64,000 nt of DNA from an uncultured Acidobacteriota bacterium. GTDB lineage: Bacteria; Acidobacteriota; Vicinamibacteria; Vicinamibacterales; CAVVIG01. The translations under genes were made by a program, and so were the position numbers. Under the pieces are notes generated by a model. It saw only the letters and a program-made list of their open reading frames with translations, was not told where the DNA came from and made no database searches. The stretch is from positions 148,436 through 212,435 of the forward strand of contig CAWGDD010000007.1 in the NCBI GenBank assembly GCA_963821285.1, read 5' to 3'. Every line of letters starts with the position of its first letter. The stretch's first letter is position 1. Below are positions 37,761 to 48,162 of this stretch, one piece after another.

Positions 37761-38135
37761 ATGTCACTCCGTTCACGCAAGATCGTTGCGTTCGTGGCGA
37801 CTTCCTCTCCCGCGAAGGCGAAGACGTTCTATCGCGACAAGCTGGGCCTGCGCCTCGTCGAGGAGGGCCCGTTTGCCCTCGTCTTCGATGCGCACGGGAC
37901 GATGCTGCGTGTGACGCCCGTGGAGAAGGTGGCCGCGGCGGGTTACACCGTCCTTGGCTGGCAGGTGCCCGATATCGAAGACACCGTGACGCGGCTCAAG
38001 AAGGCCGGCGTCCGGTTCCAGCGTTACGCCGGGATGGGTCAGGACAGGCAGGGGATCTGGCAGTCGCCTGGCGGCGCGCGGATCGCCTGGTTCAAAGACC
38101 CTGACGGCAACACGCTGAGCGTCTCCCAGCACTGA
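37761..38135 (+). CDS. VOC/glyoxalase-family protein
   Basis: 124 aa; FYRDKLGLRLV...AWFKDPDGNTLSVSQ. Confidence 0.7.
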   Translation: MSLRSRKIVAFVATSSPAKAKTFYRDKLGLRLVEEGPFALVFDAHGTMLRVTPVEKVAAAGYTVLGWQVPDIEDTVTRLKKAGVRFQRYAGMGQDRQGIWQSPGGARIAWFKDPDGNTLSVSQH

Positions 38136-38165
38136 GTCGCGGCCTCGCCGGAAAGGGAGGAACGC

Positions 38166-39674
38166 ATGACGTGGCGCCCCGTTGCCGCCTGGGTGGCTCT
38201 TCTCGGCCTGTCGGCTTGCGGGCCCAGCCAGCCTGCTGACACCTCGCTCCTCAGGGCCGGCGACGTCTGGATTCAGGATGTCACGCTGATTTCCCCCGAG
38301 CGTCCGGCGCCGCTGCCGCACGCGCACGTGGTGGTGCGTGACGCCCGGATCGTTTCTGTCGGCGACGGCCTGCCCACGGCAGTCTCCGGTGTCACGATCG
38401 TCAACGGAGCGGGGAAGTATCTTGTCCCCGGCCTCATCGACGGCCATGTCCACCTGGCCGGCGTGCCTGGCATGACGCCCGAGCAGGAAATCGTCATGCG
38501 GGAGGCCGTGGCCGCCTACGATCGGCAACTGCCACGCAGCTACCTGTACTTCGGTTTCACGGCCGTCGTGGATCTCAACGTCGTCGATCGTCCGCGATTC
38601 GATCGGCTGAAAACCACGGATGTCGGCCCCGCGGTGTTCGATTGCGGGAATGCGCTCGCGTTCGCCAACGGCTATCCGATGGCGTACACGCCGCCCGCGC
38701 TGCGATGGGACGCCTACCCGAACTTCCTCTACGACCCGCGTCAGGCGAGCTCGATTCCCGAGAGGTATTCGGCCGCCGATCACTCGCCCGAGGCGGTCGT
38801 CACGCGCGTCGCGGCCGGCGGAGGCGTGTGCGTCAAGGCGGCCTACGAGCCCGGCTTCGATCCCAGGGTCGGCAAGCTTCCCGTACCCACCGCCGTGATG
38901 ATGAGCGAGGTGCGCGAGGCGGCCCATCGCCGGAAGTTGCCGCTGCTCCTTCATGCGAACTCCCTCGAGGCGCATCGCTTCGCCGCCGAGGTCAAGCCCG
39001 ACGCGGTTGTCCATGGCATGTGGAACTGGGGACAGGACGGCACCAGCGGGACGGAGATGCCCGCCGCCGTCAGGGCGACACTCGACGCGGAGCGCATGGC
39101 CGGCATCGCGATGATGCCGACGTCGCGCGTGATTGGCGGCCTCGCCGATCTCGCGGTCCCGGCCTTTCTGGACGATGGGCAACTGCAGCATGTGCTGCCC
39201 GCTCCCGTGGCCTCGTGGTACCGCCTCCAGGAGGGGCAGTGGTTCGCACGGGAGATCGTGCAGGGGATGGGGCTGCCTCGAGACCGGGCACACGCTGTTC
39301 TTGCCGATATCCAGGCGCGTGGACAGCGGGCCGCGGTCTACTTCGCCGGCGCAGGCGGCAGGATCCTGTTCGGGAGCGACACGCCTTCGGCGCCTACGTA
39401 CGCCAACCCGCCCGGCTACAACGGATACCTCGAGCTGCGGGAGTTGGAGGCCGCCGGGATCTCGACGAGACAATTGCTGTCTGCCGCCACGATCGAGAAC
39501 GCGCGCTTCTTCGGCCTGGCAGACTATGGGACGGTCGAGCCCGGGAAGGTCGCCAGCCTGCTCGTGCTGCGAAGCGATCCGCTGGCGTCAACCGCCGCAT
39601 TCGACACGATCGAGACCGTCATTGTGAAGGGGAAGGTCGTCCAGCGCGAGGCGTTGTCGGCACAGCCGCGCTGA
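38166..39674 (+). CDS. Amidohydrolase-family lipoprotein
   Basis: LLGLSAC lipobox; PGLIDGHVHL metal-binding motif; GSDTP near the C-terminus. Confidence 0.75.
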   Translation: MTWRPVAAWVALLGLSACGPSQPADTSLLRAGDVWIQDVTLISPERPAPLPHAHVVVRDARIVSVGDGLPTAVSGVTIVNGAGKYLVPGLIDGHVHLAGVPGMTPEQEIVMREAVAAYDRQLPRSYLYFGFTAVVDLNVVDRPRFDRLKTTDVGPAVFDCGNALAFANGYPMAYTPPALRWDAYPNFLYDPRQASSIPERYSAADHSPEAVVTRVAAGGGVCVKAAYEPGFDPRVGKLPVPTAVMMSEVREAAHRRKLPLLLHANSLEAHRFAAEVKPDAVVHGMWNWGQDGTSGTEMPAAVRATLDAERMAGIAMMPTSRVIGGLADLAVPAFLDDGQLQHVLPAPVASWYRLQEGQWFAREIVQGMGLPRDRAHAVLADIQARGQRAAVYFAGAGGRILFGSDTPSAPTYANPPGYNGYLELRELEAAGISTRQLLSAATIENARFFGLADYGTVEPGKVASLLVLRSDPLASTAAFDTIETVIVKGKVVQREALSAQPR

Positions 39675-39777
39675 CAGACGGTCGCTACAGCCTCAGGCAG
39701 AATGTCGGTCCGCCCATCATTGCCTTTCCGAGCTGGTCGTTCTTCCGCGTAGAAGAGCCGGCGCAGGTCGAGATCCA

Positions 39778-40299
39778 TCACCGCGCCTTTCTCGAAGCCG
39801 GCCGCTTCGTGCGCGGCGCCCCGTCCCCGTCTTCAGGAACCACCGTGATGCGCATCGCTTCGCGCTCGTGCGTCGCGTCGTGCATGGCCGAGACAATGTC
39901 GCGTGTCAGAGGAACCGGCGTCGACGCCCGGTTCCAGACGTACTGATGTGATCCCGGTGTCCTGGGGAGGAACCGCAGCTCGCCGGAGCCGTTCAGCCGT
40001 TTCAGGATCGTGTGCACGGCGGCCAGGTCGTTCGCGTACTTCGACATGTCGATGCCGATCGAGGTCAGCCGGTCGCGCACCTGGACCGGCGTCATCGGCT
40101 CGCCATGGCGCAGGATCATGCGGCAGGCGTCTGTCAGCCCGAGCGGCACGGTCGGCGTCAGGCCGAGGAGGCGGGTGAGGGTGCCGATGGTCTGGCCGAG
40201 CTGCGCCAGGCGATCGTCAATCGCGCCCTTCTCCAAGCCGAGGGTCTCGTATTCCTTGATCGCCGCGTCGAGGGCGGCCCGGTAGTCTTCTTTCGTCAT
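39778..40299 (-). CDS. Hypothetical protein with probable winged-helix domain
   Basis: Start set at MTKEDYRAAL because the upstream ATG lies inside the palindrome. MTPVQVRDRLTSIGIDMSKYANDLAAVHTILKRLNGSGEL resembles a wHTH. Confidence 0.4.
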   Translation of the reverse strand: MTKEDYRAALDAAIKEYETLGLEKGAIDDRLAQLGQTIGTLTRLLGLTPTVPLGLTDACRMILRHGEPMTPVQVRDRLTSIGIDMSKYANDLAAVHTILKRLNGSGELRFLPRTPGSHQYVWNRASTPVPLTRDIVSAMHDATHEREAMRITVVPEDGDGAPRTKRPASRKAR

Positions 40300-40304
40300 G
40301 ACCG

Positions 40305-40331
40305 CAGACTTATACAATATGTATAAGTCTG
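40305..40331. promoter_or_regulatory. Perfect 12-bp-arm AT-rich palindrome CAGACTTATACA-ata-TGTATAAGTCTG (operator candidate)
   Basis: All 12 arm positions were checked pairwise. It lies 6 nt upstream of the ATG at 40299 and is the most AT-rich spot in the locality. Confidence 0.6.
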
Positions 40332-40369
40332 TGTCAATGCGCGGAAGTCGATCAGGCTGGCAGCGACGG

Positions 40370-40984
40370 TCACTGGCGGTGCGGATGGAGGAGCTTGACC
40401 GTGCTCGCCTGCGGTCCCTTCTCGCCGGGTTCCTCGACGAAGGACACGGCGCTGTCCACGGCCAGGCGATCGAAGGCGCCCTTCAGCACGCTGCTCTTCT
40501 GAAAGTACACCTCGTGCCCGTCCTCTGCCTCGATGTACCCGTACTCGTCGATCGGAGACAGCCGCGCGACGCGGCCGCGAGGTTGCCGCGCCGAAACCTT
40601 CACGGCTCCGCGCTGCCGACGCGTATAGTCCTGCAGCCGGCGCCGGACGATGTCGAATGCCTCATGAATCGCCACGCTCGCGTGCTGCCGCTCCGGGTCG
40701 GCTGCGTCCTCCTTCGTGAGTTTCGGCGAGTCGATGTCCTGCGCCGGCCCATGAAGGCTTGCGTCGTGCGAAACGACGATTTCCTCGCCCGGCACGGTCA
40801 GGTCGATCCGGACATGGTAGTGGTTGCCGCGTTCATGATGGCGTGCTCCGAGCTCGACCAGGACGTGGCAGCCCAGAATGGAGCCGCAATACGTCTCCAG
40901 CTTGTTGATGCGCCCACGAATGTCGCTTTCGAGCGGCGCCGGGGAGCCGAGGCCCCGAAACGTGATGGTCGGTGTGAGTTGCAT
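40370..40984 (-). CDS. HPF/RaiA-like ribosome-associated domain fused to a cold-shock (CSD)-like domain
   Basis: MQLTPTITFRGLGSPAPLESDIRGRINKLETY...YHVRIDLTVPG (RaiA-like), then GRVARLSPIDEYGYIEAEDGHEVYFQKSSV...GEKGPQASTVKLL (CSD-like). Confidence 0.6.
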   Translation of the reverse strand: MQLTPTITFRGLGSPAPLESDIRGRINKLETYCGSILGCHVLVELGARHHERGNHYHVRIDLTVPGEEIVVSHDASLHGPAQDIDSPKLTKEDAADPERQHASVAIHEAFDIVRRRLQDYTRRQRGAVKVSARQPRGRVARLSPIDEYGYIEAEDGHEVYFQKSSVLKGAFDRLAVDSAVSFVEEPGEKGPQASTVKLLHPHRQ

Positions 40985-41273
40985 GGCAGCCCCCTTCATG
41001 TGCCGGAACCCCGGCAGTCGTGGCTCTCTTGATTCACTGATGCAAGGACCCTGCTCGCAGGCTCGCGCGTCGGTTCCGGCCTCCACGCGCTGGCCCTTCG
41101 CTCAGGTCGCGCGAAGCCGTGGCATTTCCCACTCGCCGCGCGGGAATTTCCGCTGTCCCTCACTCATGCCGGTCCCGGAGTCCCCGCCCGGCATTGCGCG
41201 GGGCCTCTGGCTCGCGGCGGCATGGCCGTTGCCTTCGTACGTCAGGAGTTGGTATGTGAAAGGAGTGAAAGCC

Positions 41274-41729
41274 ATGAAGGTTCGCGATCTGATGACGAGC
41301 CAGGTGAGGACGTGCCGGCCTGACATGAACCTGGCGGAAGCGGTCAAGGAGATGTGGGACGGTGATTGCGGCGCGCTGCCTGTCGTGAACGACGAAGGTC
41401 GCGTCACCGGTGTGATCACGGACCGGGACATCTGCATCGCCGTGGCGACCAGAGGGCGGACGGCCGATCGGATCGCGGTCCGCGACGCGGCGTCAGGCCA
41501 CGCGCACACCTGCCTGGTGGAGGATGACTTGACGGCCGCGCTACAGGCGATGGGGCTACACAGGGTTCGACGGCTGCCCGTCGTTGACCAGGAGGGTCAC
41601 ATCCGCGGCATCCTCTCGCTGAACGATATCGTGACGCACGCCGGCGCCGCCTCCCCAAAGCAGGTGGTGAGCGCCCTGGCGGGCATCTGCGAGCATGAAC
41701 GGCCCGTCGTGAGCACCGACGCCGCGTAG
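41274..41729 (+). CDS. CBS-pair domain protein
   Basis: aaaggag RBS. MKVRDLMTSQVRTCRPDMNLAEAVKEM...LPVVNDEGRVTGVITDRDI...LPVVDQEGHIRGILSLNDI. Confidence 0.8.
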   Translation: MKVRDLMTSQVRTCRPDMNLAEAVKEMWDGDCGALPVVNDEGRVTGVITDRDICIAVATRGRTADRIAVRDAASGHAHTCLVEDDLTAALQAMGLHRVRRLPVVDQEGHIRGILSLNDIVTHAGAASPKQVVSALAGICEHERPVVSTDAA

Positions 41730-41744
41730 CGCCGCGACCTGGTG

Positions 41745-42203
41745 CTACCAGGCGCCCCCTGCGCGGTGCTGCTTCTTGTGCGGCACTCGAAAGTGCAGCG
41801 ATGGCGGCGTGTTGCGGTGATGTCGCCGGGCCTCACCGACCAGGTCGAGGAGGTCCGCGAGGGTCACGATCCCGACCGCCTTCCCCTTGTCGACGACGAT
41901 CAGGCACCCGATCGAATGCCCGCGCATCAGGTTGGCGGCCTTGTGCACCGACGTGTCCGGGCCCACGGTCACGACATGCCGCGACATGTAGTCGGCAAGG
42001 ACGACCCTTCTGGCCTCATTGCCGCGACGCGCACCTCGCCGGAGATCCCGGGCCGATACGACGCCGACCAGCTCAGCCCCTTCCTGAACCAGAAGGTGGT
42101 GGATCTGTTTCGATCGCATGCGCTCGAGTGCGCTCGCGGCGGCCGTGCCCGGCCTCATCGTCTGCACCCCGGCCGTCATGATTTCAGAGACTGTCGTTTT
42201 CAT
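41745..42203 (-). CDS. CBS-pair domain protein
   Basis: VSEIMTAGVQTMRP...HHLLVQEGAELVGVVSARDL...CLIVVDKGKAVGIVTLADL. Confidence 0.8.
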   Translation of the reverse strand: MKTTVSEIMTAGVQTMRPGTAAASALERMRSKQIHHLLVQEGAELVGVVSARDLRRGARRGNEARRVVLADYMSRHVVTVGPDTSVHKAANLMRGHSIGCLIVVDKGKAVGIVTLADLLDLVGEARRHHRNTPPSLHFRVPHKKQHRAGGAW

Positions 42204-43156
42204 GTTGTTCCAGTTGGCAACAACGATGCCAGAACGTGCTCACGAATTCAACGATCTGGTTCTCCGCCCAGTACCCGTCGTCTTCTGCCGACGCCGGGCC
42301 GACGAAGCCGCAGTGGCCGCCGTGCTCGCAGATGGCAAGCCGGACGCACGGGTTGCCGGTGAGCTTCGCATCGTGGAACGGCTGCGACGGAACGAACGGG
42401 TCGTCGTCGGCGGTGATGACGAGCGCGGGGACGCCGATGCGCTCGACGATGCGCATCGCGCTCGCGCGGTGGTAGTAGTCCTCGGCGCCGGCGAAGCCGA
42501 AGTAGGGCGCCGTATAGGCCTCGTCGAACTCGCGCACGGTCCTGATCTGGCGCAGCTTGCTCAAATCGAAGCGCCCCGGCCAGAAGCGGTCCTTGCGTCG
42601 CATCCGCCGCTTGAGATCCTTCACGAAATTCCACTGGTAGAGCCAGTTGTCCGGCTGTTCCAGCGCCTTGACGCACTCGCCGATCTCGATGATCGGCGAC
42701 ACGGCGGCGACGCCGAGCAGCGCTCGACGGCGGCGCGTCGCCGTACTCGGCGGCCAGCTTCAGCGCGAGGTTGCCGCCGAGCGAATACCCGGCGACGGCG
42801 ATTGCCGTCAGGCCATCGACCGCGATCAGCTCCGCGATGACATGCGCGGCGTCGGCGGTGAGGCCCGAGTGGAAGAGCCCGGCGGACAGATGTTCGGTGT
42901 CGCCGCAGTTACGCTGGTTCAGGCGCACGACGTTCATGCCGCGCGCGAACGCCTTCGCGGCGATGCCGCGCATGTAGTGCGCGTCGCTCGATCCGTTCAG
43001 TCCGTGCAGCGCGATGATCGTGGGACGCGTCCAGGGCTCCGCCTGCCAGTGGCAGTCGGCGACGACGCGCGCGTCGTGGTCGACGTCGAAGTAACGCCGG
43101 ACCGGCGGCGGCAGGCGCGGGAAGTAGCGGGGATTACCCCAGCTGTAGAGCGTCAT
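42184..43156 (-). pseudogene. Alpha/beta hydrolase (YheT-like), disrupted as assembled by a +1 frameshift near 42722-42727
   Basis: IIALHGLNGSSDAHYMRG...VAGYSLGGNLALKLAAEYGDAPPS | ALLGVAAVSPIIEIGECVKALE...ITADDDPFVP...CEHGGHCGF. Confidence 0.75.
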
Positions 43157-43217
43157 GCGGTGACCGCTCGCAGAGCCAGGGCCGCGGGACGAATGGCACG
43201 GTCACAGGTATGCTGGG

Positions 43218-43711
43218 TTACCCTTCGTCTGCCGACGGCCCGTAAATGGCCGGCACGGGGACGTCGTTGAGTCGCAGATACACGCTGAGCTGACCCCGAT
43301 GGTGCACGAGGTGATAGAGGACGAAGGTTCGAAATGCCGCGGCCCTCGGCATCGTGAACATTTCCTGCCCGCCGCGCTTGAGCGCCCAGTGCGCAAGGTA
43401 CTCGGCGTCGGTCTTGTCCATCTTCGCGCGCGTGGCCTTGATGGCGGCATCGAAGGCCGCCAGCACGTCCGCGACGCGATCCCTTCGCCTCCAGGTTGGG
43501 CGGCGCAGACGCGAGGTCGAACGACGGGTCGTCCAGGATCGTCGCGCCCCAGTTCGGGATGTTGGCGAGGTGCGTCGCGATGCCGCCGAGCGACATCGAT
43601 TTCTCATGGGGCTTCCACGTGAGCCGCGTCGTCGGGAATCCGCTCGAGCAGCCGCCGCGTCGTCGCCGTCTCGTGGTCGAATTCGGCCAGCAGCGCGTCC
43701 TTGATCGCCAT
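43218..43711 (-). pseudogene. DinB-family protein, disrupted as assembled by two +1 frameshifts (~43620 and ~43482)
   Basis: MAIKDALLAEFDHETATTRRLLERIPDDAA | TWKPHEKSMSLGGIATHLANIPNWG...PPNLEAK | DRVADVLAAFDAAIKATR...FVLYHLVHHRGQLSVYLRLNDVPVP. Confidence 0.75.
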
Positions 43712-43767
43712 GCGATCTAGTCTACTGCGGCTCCTGCGGCCGATGTGCCTGCTGGGTCGTCCTGGCC

Positions 43768-46039
43768 GTGCCCGCGTGCCGCCGGCCGGCGCCGCCGGCC
43801 GCCGTTCCCGCCGTCGTGCCGCTGCCGCAGGTGTCCGGTTCGCTGGCGGTGGCCGGTGTCAGCGAGCCGGTGCGCATCGTGCGCGATCGGTGGGGTGTGC
43901 CGCACATCTACGCGCGGAACGAGCACGATCTGTTTTTCGCGCAGGGCTTCGTGCAGGCGCAGGACCGGCTGTTCCAGATCGACCTGTGGCGCCGGTCCGT
44001 GCAGGGCCGGCTGTCGGAGGTGCTCGGGCTGAACTTCGTGGAGCGCGACGCCGCGACCCGCCGCATTCAGTACCACGGGGACACCGCTGCCGACTGGGCG
44101 AGCTACGGACCTGGCGTGAAGGCCATCGCCGAGGCCTTCGTCGCCGGCATCAACGCGTGGGTGGACGAGGCGCGCGTGCACGTACCGGAAGAGTTCATCC
44201 TGGCGGGCTGGCTGCCGGAGAAGTGGAGCCCGGAGGATCTCCTGAACCGGACGGACGCGTTCGTGGCCGCCGGCGCCGACGCGGACGTCTTTCGCGCCCG
44301 TCTGGTCGCGGCGCTGGGCGAGCAGCGCGCCGATGTGTGGCTGCCCGCCGGAGCGCCGTATCGCAAGCCAGCCGGCCTCGCCATCGACTCGGTGTCCCCG
44401 GCTGTCGGTGAGGCGCTGCGCCGGGCCGGCACGGCGCCGTTCTTCCTCGGCCTCGCCGCCCCCGTCGTTTCGCCAGCGGATCGCGGCGCCGGTTCGAACG
44501 CGTGGGTCGTGAGCGGCGCGCGGTCGGCCACTGGTGCGCCGCTGCTCGCGAGCGACCCGCACCGTGCGTTCGCGCACCCGTCGCTTCGCTATCTCGTTCA
44601 CCTCAACGCGCCGGGGTGGAACGTCATCGGCGCGGCCTCGCCGTGGCTGCCCGGCGTCGTCATCGGGCACAACGAGCGCATGGCGTGGGGGATGACGGCG
44701 TCTTCCGCTGACGTCGCCGACGTGTACGTCGAGCACGTCAACCCGGCGAACGCGCATCAGGTGGAATACCGCGGACGATGGGCCAATACGACCGTCGTGC
44801 CCGATCCGATCGTCATGAAGGGCCAGGCGAAGCCGTTTCCGTTCGAGCGCGAGCACACACCAAACGGCGTGATCGTGGCGACCGATTCCGAGCGCCATCT
44901 GGCGTTCTCGGTGAAGTGGTCCGGCAGCGAGCCTGGCACGGCAGGTGAACTGGCGGCGCTTGCGCTCGCACGTGCGGATTCCGCGTCCAGTTTCCGCGCA
45001 TCGCTCGCGCGGTGGAGGTTGCCGGCCGTCGAGGTCGTTTACGCCGCGGTTGACGGCGCGTCAGGCCGCCAGGCTGTGGGCCTGCTGCCCATCCGGAGCG
45101 GCTGGGACGGCGCGCTGCCGGCGCCCGGCTGGGACGGGAGCGTTCGAGTGGCGGGGATGGCGCCGCCCCGACGAAATGCCGCACGCGCTGGCACAAGCGG
45201 ACGGGGGCTTCGTCGTGTCCGCGAATCAGAACATCGCACGGACCAACCGTCTTGAAGAACGGCTCGGTGACACTCGCCAGCACACGGTTGACGATTTCAA
45301 ACGGCTTCAGCTCGACACGACCGCATGGAACGCCGGACAACTCGTGCCCCTGCTCGCGAATCTCGCGGCGGACCGAAGTGAGGTCGAGGCGGCACGCAGG
45401 TCGCTGCTGCAGTGGGACAGGCGCATCGCCGCGGATTCAGCAGCGGCTACGCTGTACGTGTTCTGGGAAGAGGCGTTCGTGTCGAAGCTGGCCGAATCGC
45501 GCCTGGCTCCTGACCTGCGCAACGACTACGTGGCGCGGGCGGGCCTGCCCGTTGCGGCGGTGACGAAGCCGTCCCGCGCGTGGTTCGACGGCGATCCGGT
45601 CCGGGCTCGCGATCGCCTGTTGCTCGAGGCGCTGGCCGCCGCGGTCGATCGCGGGCGTGCCGCCGGCACGGACGGTCGTGCAGCGCCCTGGGGCAGCCTG
45701 CACACGCTGATCTTCAAGCACCCGCTTGCGATTTCGCAGGCAGCCCGACGTCGATTCAACGTCGGCCCGTTCGAGCTAGCCGGCTATGGCGACACCGTCA
45801 TGTCGACGTTTCCATCGACTGATGTGACCGGCGGCGCCTCGTTCAGGCAGATCGTGGATTTGTCCAACTGGGATCGCTCGGTCTGGACCAACGCTCCGGG
45901 CCAGTCCGGCGCGCCTGGCAGCCGCCACTTCGCCGACCTCGCCAAACCCTGGTCGGCCGGCGAATACTTCCCGATGGCCTTCAGCGATGCCGCGGTTGAA
46001 GCCGCGGCCGAAACGACCCTGACGCTGACGCCTCGCTGA
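43768..46039 (+). pseudogene. Penicillin/AHL acylase-family Ntn hydrolase, disrupted as assembled by a +1 frameshift near 45138
   Basis: RDRWGVPHIYARNEHDLFFAQGFVQAQDRLFQIDLWRR...GSNAWVVSG...PAPGWDGS | AFEWRGWRRPDEMPH...GPFELAGYGDTV...NAPGQSG. A lipoprotein signal (MRSSLLRLLRPMCLL|VVLAVPAC from 43710) may join through another +1 indel at ~43755. Confidence 0.8.
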
Positions 46040-46067
46040 ACGTCTACAATCACCGCACGGAGGTCCC

Positions 46068-46529
46068 ATGCGCCTGTTCACGCGACTCGTGTTCGTCGTC
46101 GTCCTTGTCAGCCTTGCGGTCGCATCGAGCGAGCGACATGTCGCGGCCCAAAAGCAGGTGACGACGACCGTCACGCGACTCTACACGGGCGCCGACGGTC
46201 AGTCGCACGCCGAGGACACCGAGGTCGCATGGCGGCCGGCAAAGCTGCACCCGGAACTCAACGACTCGGAATCGGTGAGAGTGACCGCCGCGCAGTTCCT
46301 CCGCTGGCCACGCGGCTTCGTGTGGGCGGGCCACCCGGCGTCGAAGCGCCAGTACGTGATTATCGTGAGCGGACGAGGCGAGGTCGATGTCGTCGGCGGG
46401 AAGAAGGTTCAGCTCGCGCCGGGGCGGGTTCTGTTGGCGGAGGACGTGACGGGGAAAGGTCACACGACGCGCGTCGGCGCCGACGAAGATCTCGTGATGC
46501 TCCTGGTGCCGCTCGCGGGAAAGCCCTGA
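46068..46529 (+). CDS. Secreted cupin-like protein
   Basis: Signal peptide MRLFTRLVFVVVLVSLAVASS. HPASKRQYVIIVSGRGEVDVVGGKKVQLAPGRVLLAEDVTGKGH. Confidence 0.5.
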   Translation: MRLFTRLVFVVVLVSLAVASSERHVAAQKQVTTTVTRLYTGADGQSHAEDTEVAWRPAKLHPELNDSESVRVTAAQFLRWPRGFVWAGHPASKRQYVIIVSGRGEVDVVGGKKVQLAPGRVLLAEDVTGKGHTTRVGADEDLVMLLVPLAGKP

Positions 46530-46562
46530 TCAGCGTGAGCTGGCTGGATCCTCGTGGCGCAT

Positions 46563-46616
46563 CGGACCGCTTGGACCTCGTGGCCCCATTGGACCTCTCG
46601 GACCTCTTGGACCTAT
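46563..46616. repeat. 9-nt tandem repeat (GGACCTCTY-like, 6 units) between convergent genes
   Basis: cggaccgct tggacctcg tggccccat tggacctct cggacctct tggacctat. Confidence 0.8.
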
Positions 46617-47557
46617 TTAACGCGGTGGCAGTGATAACACCCGAACGTGAAGTGTGATCGGTTGAACGCGTACGGCTGCGTGAAATCGTAGGCGGGCCGC
46701 CCGAGCAGCTGCGCCATCCCGGGCATGATGACCTCGCGCATGTAAGCGGCGCGCGAGGCCCGGTCCGATTCGGCGCCGTACCCGTAGATCGCGTTGCGCA
46801 TCTGGTCGTCCATCGTGCCGCCGTAGTTTTCCCATCCGGCGAGGCGCACCGCGGGCCTCGGCAGCGCCGCGACCGCCGGCATGTGCCAGCCGGCGTCCCC
46901 GGCGTCCGCGCCGTGGCACGTGTGGCACGTCACGAGGTCAGGCGCGCCCACGATGGGCGCCAGCGCCTGGCGCGCCCACGGCATCACGCGCTGCTCCATG
47001 AACCGCACGATCTCGTCGTGGTCCCTCTTCCGCCCGCCCGGATAGATCGCATCGTCGGCGGGGTAGCTGATCGGCGCGCTGGTGCCATGGACGCCGGTGA
47101 CGACGCCGAACGCGATGGCGGCCGTGGAAATGACGGCGGCGATACCGGTGAGCGATGCGCGTGCGCCCGGAGTCCGGATCCTCGGCTCCCAGGTCATCAC
47201 GGCGAGCGCGGCCCCGACGGCTCGCGGGTTGGCTCGCGCGACGGGATCGGTGGCCAGCAGTTCGATCAGCGCCGCGAGTTGTGGCGCACGCCTGACGCCG
47301 CGAATGACGAGCGTCCGGGCGCGATCACGATGGCGGACTTCGAGGGTCGAGACGCCGAGGATACGCTCGAGCGGCGTCTGACTCCGGGCGACCTCGCCGA
47401 TGTCGCAGGTCGCCAGCTCGTCGACGCCGGTCCTGGAGATGCGCACCAGGCGCATGTCCGTGAGCACGTAGCGATCACGGCGGAGGTGAAGCCACGGCAA
47501 GAGGGGCGTGGGGCGGGCGTTCCACAGCAGCCGCTCCCACGGCAGCGGGACGGTCAC
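46613..47557 (-). CDS. Bacterial PH-domain + TM helix + periplasmic di-haem c-type cytochrome-like domain
   Basis: YVLTDMRLVRISRTGVDELATCDIGEV...STLEV (bPH-like). TM LTGIAAVISTAAIAFGVVTGV. CHTCH and CYHCH haem motifs. Confidence 0.55.
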   Translation of the reverse strand: MTVPLPWERLLWNARPTPLLPWLHLRRDRYVLTDMRLVRISRTGVDELATCDIGEVARSQTPLERILGVSTLEVRHRDRARTLVIRGVRRAPQLAALIELLATDPVARANPRAVGAALAVMTWEPRIRTPGARASLTGIAAVISTAAIAFGVVTGVHGTSAPISYPADDAIYPGGRKRDHDEIVRFMEQRVMPWARQALAPIVGAPDLVTCHTCHGADAGDAGWHMPAVAALPRPAVRLAGWENYGGTMDDQMRNAIYGYGAESDRASRAAYMREVIMPGMAQLLGRPAYDFTQPYAFNRSHFTFGCYHCHRVK

Positions 47558-47561
47558 ATGT

Positions 47562-48141
47562 CTACGAGGCGGGCTTCCCGAAGTTCACCTTCGGCACCTG
47601 TTTCGCTTCGGGGGGCGCCGCGAAGAACGGATATTCCTTGAACCCGAACAGCTTCGCGGTGATATTCGACGGGAACTGGCGCTTCGCCGTTTGATACTCC
47701 TGAACGCGCTCGTTGTAGCGCATCCGCTCGACGGCGATGCGGTTCTCGGTGCCCGACAGCTCGTCCATCAGCCCGTTGAACTGCTCGTTGGCCTTGAGGT
47801 TCGGATAGTTTTCGACGATGACGAGCAGGCGGCCGAGCGCGCTCGACTGCTGGTTGGCCGCGGTGATGGTTTCCTCGGGCGACTTCGCGCCCGAGCAGCC
47901 GCGAGCGCGACTCGGCGATCTCCTTGAAGACGCCTTCCTCGTGGGACGCGTAGCCCTTCACGGTTTCGACCAGGTTCGGGATCAGATCGTTGCGCCGCTG
48001 GAGCTGGTTCTCGACCTGGGCCCACTGCGCTTTGATCGCTTCCTCCTGGCTGACGAACTTGTTGTACGAGCAGCCGGACACCGAGAACGCGACGAACCCG
48101 AGCAGGAAGATCTGTGCGGCAAATCGACGTGTGGTCTTCAT
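47562..48141 (-). pseudogene. lemA: LemA-family protein, disrupted as assembled by a +1 frameshift near 47889
   Basis: Lipobox VSGC. QWAQVENQLQRRNDLIPNLVETVKGYASHEEGVFKEIAESRSRLLG | AKSPEETITAANQQSSALGRLLVIVENYPNLKANEQFNGLMDELSGTENRIAVERMRYN. Confidence 0.85.
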
Positions 48142-48162
48142 GGTTTCAGTTTACAACCTCCC

